Positions 11,151 to 22,439 of a DNA stretch of 64,000 nucleotides are shown here, piece by piece. The stretch covers positions 2,675,757 through 2,739,756 of the forward strand of contig MU054187.1 in the NCBI GenBank assembly GCA_013239625.1, in the 5' to 3' direction. The translations under genes and the position numbers were made by a program. Under the pieces are notes generated by a model that saw nothing but the letters and a program-made list of their open reading frames with translations, searched no databases and had not been told where the DNA came from. Each line of letters opens with the position of its first letter. Within the stretch, counting starts at the first letter, position 1. This DNA comes from Lama guanicoe. Its lineage: Eukaryota.

Positions 11151-12589
11151 GGCGGGAAATGAATTTAGGTTCAAGACCAAATTGTTAACCATCTCCAGGT
11201 GTAAATGATGACGAGAAATCCTGCGCTCCTCGGAAAGGTTTTAAAGGTGTCCTCTGATCAGGCAAGGCTCTGTACAAAAGAAAACTCGAATGCTCTTCTT
11301 CCAAGTTTTAGAAAGAGCTGATTCCTTCTTTATCTCTCGGTTAAGAAATTGAGGGACTTAACAGCAGATAGAACTACTGGCCATTAACGAAGCAGGAAAT
11401 GCAGTCAACAGCACCGTTCAGAAAATGTGCAAAGCTTTAGAATGTCCAGCGATACAGTCCGCTGTGTTGACCTCTTTTTTTCCGATGCTGTAGTTTGTGT
11501 TCGAAAACCTGGGCGACGTGGCCTGTAGTTGTGAAAAGTTCAAGCTCATTCTGCTTTCATTCTTTCCAAGCTGAGGGAGAGTTAGCTTTTTTTTTTTTTG
11601 AAGAAGGAATAAAATGTCCAGTCTTTATTTTCATCCTACCCATGTAAAATCATTTATCTTCTGTGTAAATAGCTTCATTAAATTTTTTAAATTTCCCATT
11701 TTTTCCCATAAAAGATGTAAGCAGAACATCAGGGGAAAACTAGTGATGGCATGGCGGTCCTGTTTCCCCTTGGGTTCATTTTCATAAAGACACGCAGGGT
11801 TTTCTCTCCCCCTCCACCACGTCCCCACGAGTGGGAGCACACTTTCCCTGCTGTTCTGCAGCTTGCCTTGCAGTTAACAGTGCATACTTGGTGTTCTGAG
11901 CTCCTAGAAGCTGAACCTCTGTTTACCCAGCTGGTGGTCTTCTCCACTCTTGCGTGGGGTCGACCCCACCTGTCCTGTCTTCAGTCCAGTGTAAGTTTGT
12001 CTGTTGATACAATCATTTTATGTGCACTTAGAGTCCTAAGACCCCTCTTACACTCATGCAAAGACTGAGTTTGTGAACAGGAACGGGGGGTACCTGCGTT
12101 TAAAACAGAGAGGCCCCAGTAGGGGGGGGCATTTTACCCGAGAAGGAAAGGGCAGAGCTGTGCACGCCCTGAGCGCGTTCTTCCTTTACAAGCACGGTTC
12201 TTTCTGGGTCCGCTCTCAGGGGTGCAGGCGGCCAGGCCGAGCGGTGACAGACCACTCCGCTGGTGGTCCTCGCGCCTGGACACCGTCCCTACGTTGCCTC
12301 ACTAGGGCAGGGGTTGGCTTGCCGGGGTGCTGCGTTGGTACTTCCAGAACCCTAATATCGCGAGGCCGAGACGGCGTCCCAGGAGGCTAGCTGGGTCTTG
12401 GCCGGTGAGATCGCCCCAGCATCTCTGGCTGACGGGGTCCTGGTGTTCCTCTTCTGGCAAAATGGTTACTATTAACCTCCGCACTGTCTTCCCTTGGATG
12501 AGGAAGTGTGTGCGGCGCCGCTTCGCGGGTCTCCAGCGGGCTCTAGAGATGCCCCCGCTCTGGGGGCTGTGGAGCCACTGGGTCCCCAG

Positions 12590-13040
12590 CGAGGCGGGCG
12601 CCGGTGGAGGAGCGGTCTTCCTGGAGGAGGCGGCGCTCCGATGGGCCCCTGAAGACCACCCCGGCGACGGCCCCCCAACCGGACTCCCCGCTGCAGGACA
12701 CGCCCGTTCCCCACCACTGCCAGGGCCTGGGAGCGCCCCCGCTCGACGGCTACCCGCTGCCCACGCCATACACGCCCCTGCTGGACGGCGTGGGGCCCGA
12801 CTGGCCTTCTTCGCTGCGTCGCTGCCCAGGAACTGTCTGGCCGCCAGGCCCCTGCACCCCAGCTCGAGCTTGGCCTGGAGCCCGCGCCCCGCGATGCCGG
12901 GCCTCCTGGCGCCCCCCAGCGCCCTGCACAGGTACTACGGCGCGGGGGGCGGCGGCACCCGGAGCCCCCCGCGGGGCCCAGGCCCCCCCGCCCCAGCGGC
13001 TACCTTGCGGGGACCGCGCGGACTCAGCCACCTGTCAACT
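12590..13040 (+). pseudogene. SOX17 duplicate relic, part 2: exon 2 with deletions and frameshifts, truncated before DRTEFEQYL
   Basis: [15 protein letters not shown] resembles [42 protein letters not shown] resembles [25 protein letters not shown]. 12887-12945 matches 2185-2243 at 58/59 nt. LPCGDRAD resembles LPCRDGAD. Confidence 0.93.
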
Positions 13041-14299
13041 TGCATACAGCTGGGCTGCGGTGCTGGCACGAACCCCTGGGCTCCGTGTGGGAGTTCCGTT
13101 GCGGGTTCACCATGTACTACAAATGTCACAGTGTATGAAACTTTCCTTTGTCAGAATGAACATTCCAGTAAGAGCAGCGTTTAACATTGTTACCCCTCAA
13201 AGGAAGTGATGCAAAATGTGCCCTGCTTAAACATCTTGTCTCACTTTCTGTAGATGCATCTTATTCTGACATGAAAGTTGGATTATTTTTATCAAGTGGC
13301 AAATTCATGAACCATGGTAGAAAGCACCTTTTTCTTCCAAAGTTACCTCCTCCCAGGTGGTTTTAAATGCAGAACCAACATCTATTGTGTAGCTCCTGTA
13401 TTTCAACTCGCTGTTTCTAAAGTTCTTGGTTATTGACTTCAGTAAATTTGTAAATGAAGTTTTTAAAAAATTCTCTGTATAGATATTTTATATTCTTCCA
13501 CAAAGTTAAGTTGTGTCTGTGTCAGTCAGGGTCCCTCAGGAAATGGGGCGTAATGAAAATGCTGAGTGAAGAAAGAGTCAGGAGCAGACAGGCCTTTCTG
13601 TAGGAGACTCCGTGGAGGGACTGGAAGCTTTCCGAGCAGGGCAGTAGCTTGAGCGTCACGCCTCGGCCGTGACTGGGAGGTTACAGCCCAGCAGGATGGG
13701 GCCAGAAAGTCAGTCCTTGGGAAGATCCCGTTGCCCCCTGACTTTCTGATACTGCCTGTCATTGGCAGGCCTCACTGCAGAACTGGAGGACAGGAGGCCT
13801 GTGGAGGCTGCTACGGGGAGGAGGGTGAGGGCCATGTCTTGGGGGCCAGGTGAGGTCCAGGCTTTCCCAGCATCAGCTCCAGAAGGGAGCTCAGCACAGC
13901 ACTTCTGCCTAAACTGGATAAAACTGACTGCCGCATGCCCCCTGCGAACTGCGGCAGGCAGTAAGGAGGGATCTCGGCCGCTGCTCAGCAGGCGGGACAC
14001 TGGAGGCGCCCCGTGGAGGTAGGGCTGGGCCACCAGAGAACCCACTTCCAGGTGACAGTGCAGGGGTCTGTGAGTCGGGTCCCTGGGGGGTGAGCTGGAC
14101 CTCGGGACTCTTCAGTCATGTGAGCAAAAGCAAGTCTTTTACTGTGTAAAGCCCTCAGTGTTGGTTTTCTTCTCACCCGAAACACCAGTGCTCGTGCGTG
14201 ACAAAGAGCTGGAGGTGTGACTGCTGGGTCCCCTGGTGGTCGGAGGGAAGCGCCCAGACGTGGCCCAAGAGGTTGCTGGCAGCGGCCAGTCTCAGGCCA

Positions 14300-14430
14300 G
14301 GGCAGCGCTGCTTCTCCAACTTGAATGTGCGTGCATCTGGCCAAATCAAATGCAGATTCTGATGGAGGAAGGCCAGGGTTCTGCGTCTCCAGCCAGCTCC
14401 TAGAGGAGGCTTGACAGGTCACACGTGAAG
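14300..14430. mobile_element. MER5-like hAT-Charlie MITE fragment
   Basis: Contains ctgcttctccaacttgaatgtgc...aaatgcagattctgat...ttctgcgtctccagccagctcc. A similar relic lies at ~14965-15115. Confidence 0.55.
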
Positions 14431-15149
14431 AGTCAGACCCTAGATCGCTTATCCACACTGACTTAGGGACCGTTCATGACCTAAAACACGCCAATTCAGG
14501 AACAGGCACCACAGAGTCATTTCGGAAGAGTTCTGGGTCATTGCTGCTGCTGGCTGTGTCTGCCTGGCTCTTCACCACCCCCGTGCCCCCGCGGGCCTCC
14601 CAGCTGGCCCTGCTTGTCTTGCTTTCCCGAACCCTGTCAGTGCTCAACTTAGAACCACAAGAGCGACAACACGGGGAAATGGTGAAGCTCCCGAGAGGAG
14701 GAACCAGGGAGATGAACGGGGGTCTCTGGGCCTCCGAGGCTGAGAACCTGACGGACTTGAGCTGGCAGAGCCCTGGTGTTGGTGTCACCCCCACCCCATC
14801 AGGCATTTTCACTGCTGTCACCCGACTTCGTTACTATTCAATATTTCACGAATCTACCTGCTTGCTTGTTTCTTACTAGATTACAGCCAGGCGTTTCCTG
14901 TAGGACAGCATATAAGAATTCGATACCTTTTAAATCTTCTGAGTCCCACTACCTTCCCTAAGCCAGTGATTCTCAAAGCAAGCCGCCCAGTACGGTCTCT
15001 TAAAAAGAAGATGGAGGCCTAATGTCCCCATAAGAGATTCTGACTGGATTGGTCTGGCCTGCAGCCAGGGGGTTTCAAATTTGAAAATCTTTTGAGGTGA
15101 TTCTGATCATGGCCATTAAATAGGTAACTCTATTACTACCCCAGAGCGA

Positions 15150-15800
15150 CCTGAGAAATCAGTTGCTTGTGTGTTACTTCATCAAGTGTTCACTGAGCAT
15201 CTGTTCTGTGCCAGGTGCTATATTGTTTCCCAAGATACACGAAGGCCCATCCCCTGCTCTCAAGGAGCTTGTGGTTTCATACGAGGGAGAGGCTGATAGA
15301 TAAACAATTGTTAGTGTGTGGTCAGTGCAATAAGGTATCGTTCAGACAGAAAGCAGATGGATTCTGTGCAAAGGGGCGTGGATCAAGAATGATAATTTCT
15401 AATGTTTCTTGAGCACTACGGATGGAGGAGGCCCCAAGGAAGGGCTGGTGCTTACCCAAGGCTTTGGAGGAGGAGAAGGCCAAGTGGGGAAGGTGGGGGT
15501 GGGTGGGAAGGTGTTTCTGAGTCAAGGCTGGGGGAGACTGGGGTGAGGGGGTGAGAAAACTAGGGCGATTAATTCCATCTTCTTTGTAAAATAAGGATGG
15601 AGTCGTGACCTGAGAGGGATGGTAGGGGTTGCAGGCAGGAGTGGAGCCCTGAGACTTGAGAAAACAGCTCCAGACAGAGAGCCCCAGGGCACCGTCAAGG
15701 CCCAGAGGAGACTGGATTTCACAGACAGGGTTCCACCTTCAGGGCTGTGTGCTCAACAGCTCCAGTGCAGAAACTGAGAAATGAGACGGTAGGATTCTTT
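15150..15800. mobile_element. Ancient L2 LINE fragment
   Basis: Typical L2 3'-end text (cactgagcatctgttctgtgccagg...cctgctctcaaggagctt) followed by purine-rich L2 body. Confidence 0.5.
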
Positions 15801-17774
15801 CAGAGCTAGGCTCCGAGAAGCCATAGGGAAGACAGACTAGGTGGCCAGAGAGTTTTGGTGAGATTTTGGTACAAGGGTTTAATGGAGACGTGAGGTCGGG
15901 AGAAAGCTGTTAGGCTTGGAAAAAAAATAGAGGGAGAAGCCAGAAAGCATCAGAGAGGACTTCCAAGATGAGATGGGCCAGGGTGCCGATAACGAGCCAG
16001 GTGTGGCTGGGGTGGGTCTCTGGAGGGGGAGGTGCAGGGTGCTGGAGCTGGGAGGCCAGGGCACCTGGGCTGGACTCTGTGTGGTCACTGGAACCCTGTG
16101 GGTGGAGCTGAGGAGGGAGGAGGACTGGAATCCTCTCTGCAGACTTCATGAGACGCCCCACCAGCAGGAGTGGATTTTATCAAGTTATCCAGGGTATGAA
16201 GGGGGGGGACTTAGCACGGAAGGCAAAGAGCAGGGAACTGGAATGCAAAATGGAGCTAGGGTGGAACAGGAACAATCCCACTTAGACTGGAGAACGTCGA
16301 GGAAGAAGTGGCAGGAAGCCCTAGTGACAAAAGGACGTTTTATACATCCCTCCGGAAAGCTGGAGATGGACGTTTTTAGGTTAGGGGTGAAAGATGTAGA
16401 GTTCAGAAGTTGTGCTGACAGCAGCAGCCTGAGCAAGCGGGCATCTCGAATCAACTCTGCCATCAGTGGTCGGGTTTACGGACAAGTGTTGCTAGCAATG
16501 CCCTGCTTCTGAGAACTCCCTGTTTGACACAGTTGTTCTTGATCACTAGGTGCTAAACTTTAAAAATCGTTATTCACAAAACCAATCTTTCCCTCCAGTC
16601 AGTTCAATATTGATACCTGAGGCCAAGCCTTAGGCTTTGGTTAGGATTCTGCTCAGCCTGGAAGGTGCCGGACTTCCCACACTTGACCTCCAGACAGATC
16701 TTTATATCCGAATATTGAGCAACCCTGGCCAGGCTCCTTGTCCTACAGGCACAAGGACGATGCCCTGTGTCAAGAGGGGCACTCTGTGTCCTCACACGGG
16801 GACGTGGAATCATGAACACTCCTCGAACCCTCCTTCTCCAGAGACATTTCCCTGTCTCCGTAAGACCCGCTCTGGAGACCCTGCTAGGTGCGTCCCTGCG
16901 GAGAAGGCAGCCGCCCAAGGACCTCCAGGGCCGGAGGCCACGTTCCACACGTCCCAGTGGCCAGCACCAGGACGCACTCCAGGGTTCATTCCTAACGGCT
17001 GAGACGTCCATGGACCAAAAGAAGGGAGGCCTTCCTCTTCCCAAATGGGCCTTGTTTCCGGTATCACTCACACCCCTCAGGAGCATCTGAAGGGGAGAGT
17101 GAGTTCCTGGCTGTCCCCAGCTGTCCTCTGGGCTGGATCATGGGCTGGGGTGCCAGCCACTCCACTCCAAGGCTCTGTGGGGTGCATGGCCCTGCTGCTG
17201 GCCCGGGAGCCCCCAGCTCTGGCGGTGCAGAGTGAGCCCCACCAGCCTCCAGCATTACTCATCCCGCTTGGCGCGGGTTGAAAGCATGAACAGTCTCTTC
17301 CAGGCACTCCCTCGTTTCACTTCCCTCTCACCCGAGGGCCCCTCCTCGAGTCTGACCTGTTGAGGGCAACATCCTCTCTGGCTGACCCGCCCTGCTTCCT
17401 CCTGCAGGCTGTGCTCCAGCCTGTGCTTTTGGTTCAGGGGTTCCCAGAGAAGTGTTTCCTCTGCCCGTCCCCTTCCCGGCCTCCCCATTATCACATTGAA
17501 CATACTGGGTTCAGGGTCTTGAGTGACTGGAGATTTGAAAACAGAAAGATCAGTGGGCATCATGGGAGGAAGCAGTCCTGGAGAGGCAGCAGATGGAAAG
17601 TCCACCTGTGAAGGCCCAGGTGGGCCCAGTGGAGGGACCAGCCCCGGGGACTGTGGAGAGGGTTTCCGGGGGCTCTGAAGAGAGTTAGGGCAAGTTGCCG
17701 CTGTGGTGGGTGGGGCCCAGGCAGATGGAGGGTTGGCATTCCGGAGACACCACCGTCACCCAGCCACTCAGAAC

Positions 17775-17865
17775 GTCTTGTTTCCTCAACTATAAAGTGA
17801 GGGTAATAGTAACCACCTGCAGAGTCATTGCCAGGATTAGAAATATTTGTACCGCGCTGAGCTGA
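17775..17865 (+). mobile_element. MIR SINE core fragment
   Basis: gtttcctcaactataaagtgagggtaatagtaaccacctgcagagtcattgccaggatta resembles the MIR core. Other MIR relics lie at ~42265-42390, ~53700-53860, ~57550-57630 and ~59090-59200. Confidence 0.6.
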
Positions 17866-19160
17866 GTGATGGTTTTAGGAGGAAATCTGCGTTCCTCTGA
17901 CCTTGTATATCTGCGGGGTTCGGGGGAGCTTCTGCACCTAAGCATGTGGCCTGAGCCTGTCGTGACCAGGGAGCTGACCAGTCTTAATTCACTGGGACCT
18001 AAGTGCAAAATGGCTTTGTGTTTCTCTCCAAGTATGGCTTCCACGATGCTCTAAATTCTCCCCATCTTGCTCTTTAATGAATTCTTGGGAAGACTTTAGT
18101 ACTGTCTAGTTACTTTTCATTGTTAAAATCTAACTCATTTAATTTATTTGGAAAATGAAGAAGGTAAAAAGTAAATTCACTGTAAAGCCCCAATCTCAGT
18201 TCAAATCTTATCCCTTCCACTCTCCTCCCAGAGGGCGTAGGCGGGACCCTATCTCTCAGTCCCAGAGGGGGGCCTTGCTTGTCTCACAGACAAGCCCTCT
18301 TGCAGGCTGGCTCCTGCTGTGCATGGGGGGTGGAGTGCGGAGGAAGGCGAGGCAATGCCTTTTTACTTACCTGGCCACTGTCGTAGTCTCTCTGGTGCTT
18401 CTCCAGAAATCATTTACTGGTTTGAAAGCCCCCATGTGACAGGGTCTGGCTCTCTTGTGGGCCACAGGGAAGGCACTGAGGGCCTCCCGCAACCTCCATC
18501 CCTGAGTGGGAGATGGATTGTGGCTGGACCCATCTGTACCCTCTCTCTTTTCAACCCCTGCGCTGGACAGCGAACCCACAGCCTCACCTGGAAGGCAGCT
18601 TTCTTTGTGGTGCACCAACAAGATGGTGGAGGCCTGGTCACTTTGCATGGTGCCTACTTCGCCCCTGGGAAATTCTTCCATCTGTGGAGATTCTGAACTT
18701 ACCCTGGGCTGGCCCTGCTGCCCCCTCTCCCTGCCACTTCCCGCCACTTCCCTTTGAATTCTCTTTCCCTCTGTTAAGGGAAGATCTCTAGTCTGATTCT
18801 AAGCCAGATGTCAAGCCGGGAACCAGAATTTAACTCTCCTTTATTGCATGCCTTGCAAGCTCTGTATTCTTTTAAAAAATGTATTTCATTTAACATTATT
18901 TATTCTGTAATGGGTAAGATGTTCAAAAGTACAAAATAAAATAGCATACATCAGATAACAGATATCTCACCACCACTTATCATAAGAAGCAAAACCAGAC
19001 AAAGTCCCATTGCATGAGTACTTTTCAAGACTGTGTTTGGGTGACAGTGGACATTGCTTTGTCCACAGTAAAAATAATTGGAGTTCAAATTGGAATTACA
19101 GTATATTTGTACCTTATTTTTGGAAAGATTTCTATTTTTTTTATATTATGCATTTCCATC

Positions 19161-20270
19161 CAACATTGCCCAAACTGGATCTATAGATTCAATGCAATCC
19201 CCCTCAGAATTCCAACTGTCTTTCACACAGAAATGGACAACCTGGTCCTAATACTCATGTAGAAATGTGAGGGTTTCCAAATAGCCAAAACAATCCTGAA
19301 AAACAGTAACAGAATTGGAGGAATTACATTTCCTGACTTCAAAACTTAGTACAGCCATTTCTCAGTATTCGGAGGGAACTGATTCCAGGAACGGCCTTGA
19401 ATAACAAAATCTGTAGATGTAAAATCAAGTCCCTTATGTCAAATGGCACAGTATTTGCATATAACATTATCACATCCTCCTGTAGGCTTCAAATCACCTC
19501 TAGATTACTTATAATACTTAATGCAATGGAAATGCTATGTAAATAGTTGCTAGCACATGGCAAATTCAAGTTTGGCTTTTTGGGACTTTCTGGAATTTTT
19601 TTCCTGTTAGTATTTTTGTTCTGTGATTGGTTGAATCTGTGGGTGCAAAATTCAAGGATACAGAGGGCTAACTGTTCACGGCTGTAGTCTGCTACTGGCA
19701 TAAGGATGGACCTATATAGATCAACGGGATAGAATTAAAAATCCGAAATAAACCCCTACATCTATTGCCAAATGATTTTTGACAAGAGTGCCAAGACCAC
19801 TCAGTGAAGAAAGACTAGTGGTGTCTTCAACAAATGGTGCTGGGACAAGAGGTTTTCTATATACAAAGGAATGAAGATGACCCCTTACCTCACACTATAG
19901 ACAGAAATTAACTCAATTTTTATTTATATTACTAAAATTATAAAACTCTTAGAAGGAAATATAGGGGTAAATCTGTAAGACCCTAGAATAGGCAGTAGTT
20001 ACTTAGATATGACATGAAAAGCATAAGAAACAAGAAAAAATAGATTAGTTGGATTTTATCAAAATTAAAAACTTCCGTGCATTAAAAACATAATTCAGAA
20101 AGTGAAAAGACAAGCTGGGACAAAATATTTGCAAATCACACACCTGGTAAGGGTCTACTTTTAAGAATATATAAAGAACTCTTACAATTCAACAATAAAA
20201 GGAGAAATAACCCAGTTTAAAAATGGGCAAAAGATTTGAGGAGACATATTTGAGTATTTGAATAGGCATT
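19161..20270 (+). mobile_element. LINE-1 ORF2 fragment interrupted by a MER2-like element
   Basis: Degenerate ORF2 (IYRFNAIPLRIP; gacaagagtgccaagaccactcagtg; ttcaacaaatggtgctggga). Confidence 0.85.
19350..19675 (+). mobile_element. MER2/MER2B-type TcMar-Tigger MITE
   Basis: Termini (ta)cagccatttctcagtattc and ggatacagagggctaactg form imperfect inverted repeats. The internal text gtatttgcatataac...tctagattacttataatac is characteristic of MER2. Confidence 0.8.
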
Positions 20271-20645
20271 TTTGTTTTGTTTTGTCTTATTCTGGTACAG
20301 AATGAGTCGGGAAATCTTCCCACCTCTTATGTTTTCTAAAAGACATTGTGTAGAATTCGTGTTAATTCTTTTTTAATTATTTGGAAGAAATTTCTAGTAA
20401 AACTATATGTACTTGGACATTTCTTTTTTGAGGGGAAATTTTAAATTATAAATTCAATTCCTTCAGTGGTTATAGGGCTATTCAAATCCCGTTTCACAGT
20501 TGGTGGTGATATGTGTCTTTCGACGCAGTGGTCTGTTTAACTTAAGTTGTCAAATGTGTGTGTTTAGAGTTGTTCATAGTATTCCCTTATTATCCTTTTG
20601 GCACCTGCAGGGTCTGCAGTGCTGTTTTCTGTCACATTTCTGATT

Positions 20646-21217
20646 CAGGGCCCCCCACGTCTGTGGGGAATATGTTCCAAAGCCCCCAGTGGAAGCCTGA
20701 AACTTCGAATAGCACTGAACCTTATATATGCTGTTTTCCCCTTATACATACACGCCTAAGATAAAGTTCAACTTATAAATTAGGCACAGTAAGATTAACA
20801 ACAACGACTAATAAAATAGAACAATTATAACAATACATTGTAATATGTTATGTGAATGTGGTCTTGCATTCTCTCTCAAAATACCTGATTGTACAGTACT
20901 CACCTTTGTTCTTGTGACGATGCTGAGATGATAAAATGCCTACGCGATGAGACGGAGGGAAGTAAATGACACAGGCATTGTGATGTGGTCTTAGGCTGCC
21001 ACTGACCTTCTGATGGGGTGTAAGGAGGATCACCTGCCACAGGTGATGCTGGCTCACTGAGCAGTGACGATGTTGAAGGTTGGACATCAGGAGCAGGTGA
21101 TGGTGGTGGTTGGGGATGCCGGGCAGGATACAGCAGGACGACCTGAGGTTTCATCACGCGCCTCAGAATGACATGGAAACTGTGCAAAGAAAAACCATGG
21201 ATAAGAGGGGACTGCTG
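20646..21217 (-). mobile_element. MER44/Tigger7-type DNA transposon inserted in an L1
   Basis: Inverted termini cagggccccccacgtctgtgg and ccatggataagagggggactgctg. The L1 sequence on each side (20290-20645 and 21218-21345) is continuous. Confidence 0.75.
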
Positions 21218-21901
21218 TGTTGCTAATCCATGTCTTCTGTTTTTCTCCATCAGTCCTGCTAGAAGTTTGTTTATTTTATCCACCTTTTCAAAGAACCAGC
21301 TCTTTGCTTCACTGATTTTCTTTACTGTTTTTCTGATTTCAGTTTCATCGACTCCTTGGACTGAATTTTCTTTGAGTTTATCCTGCTTGGATTTGCCCAG
21401 ATACTTTATAGATTTACATTCTTGACAGATTTGGGAAGTTTCAGTGATCACTTCTTCGAGTAATTTTTCAGCCCTGTCTTCTCTCTTCCTGGGACTCTGA
21501 CTGCATGAATTTGATGGCAATGATGTTATGGCCCCACAGGTCCCTGAGCTCCCTGTTCCTTTTGTTTTTTAAGTCTATTTTCTCTTTGCTGCTCAGATTA
21601 GTTTCTGTTTTCCAGTCACTGACTCTTTCCTCTGTCCCTTTCATTCTGCTGTTGACCTTCTTCTGTTCTGTTCTGTTCTTGTATTTTCCATCCAAAATTT
21701 CCCTTGGGTTCTTCTTTATATTTTCTATTCCTTTGCTGCACATTACTACTTTTCTGAGGCTTTGCATTTTTTTCATTTGTTTCAAACATGTTTGTAATTA
21801 CTCATTGAAATATTTGTTTCATGGTGGTTTTAAAATCTTGGCCAGAGAATTCCATCACCTCTGTCATCTTGGTCATTTATTGATTGTTTTTATGTATTCC
21901 A

Positions 21902-22290
21902 TATTGGAGGAGGTGATTGGGAGGATGTAAGCTGTGAGTGGCCCTCAAGCTGGACCAGGGCAATTGGAGGCTCCTCACCCCCTCCCTGTCCTTGGATTGT
22001 CCGCTCTGTCCGTGGGAGCTGTTTTCAAGGATGCGGCCTTGAGAGAGAGCACTGAGTTGTCGAGACCACCTAGACTGAATACGTGACTGGGCAGGTTAAG
22101 GTTGCTATATAAACTTTTAAGATTCTGGCAAGTGGGTGCAGAGATGTCCTCTTCCTTCGGTTGTCCCAAGGCAAGCCCTGTGTGTAAGTTGCCGTGCTTA
22201 TTAAACCTGTCATCTGTCAACCTGGAGGGGTCTGTCTCTGTCCTCGGCCTCTCCTTGCCCTCTGTATGGGGGCCAATTTGTGAACCAACA
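21902..22290 (+). mobile_element. ERV solo LTR (~390 bp)
   Basis: Starts tattgg (a TG-to-TA variant) and ends ccaaca. TATATAAA at 22106 and ATTAAA at 22200. Flanked by tcca/ttca, a possible 4-bp TSD, and interrupts L1 sequence. Confidence 0.65.
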
Positions 22291-22439
22291 TTCAGTTTGA
22301 GGCCTTCCTAGTTACTGGTATGATGAATGATTTTTAATAGAAACCTGGACATTTTCGTACTGTATTGTGAGACTCTGGATTTCACTTAAACCTTCTGTTT
22401 CAGGTAGCCTTCTCTGATACCGCTCTCGGGGGAGAAAAG

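Noticed and set aside
11205..11257. C/D-box snoRNA (ATGATGA ... CTGA)
   Set aside because: Short spacing, no terminal stem and no recognisable guide sequence; these motifs occur often by chance.
11404..11471. Pre-miRNA-like hairpin (gtcaaca ... tgttgac)
   Set aside because: Only the 7-bp ends pair well; the interior does not form a long stem.
10546..13040. Assembly false duplication of SOX17
   Set aside because: The copy is too diverged, with structured deletions and a different intron, to be an uncollapsed haplotype. Long reads would settle it.
15973..17300. Cluster of 100-180 aa ORFs
   Set aside because: No domain similarity or coherent splice structure; consistent with chance ORFs in moderately GC-rich DNA with old repeat relics.
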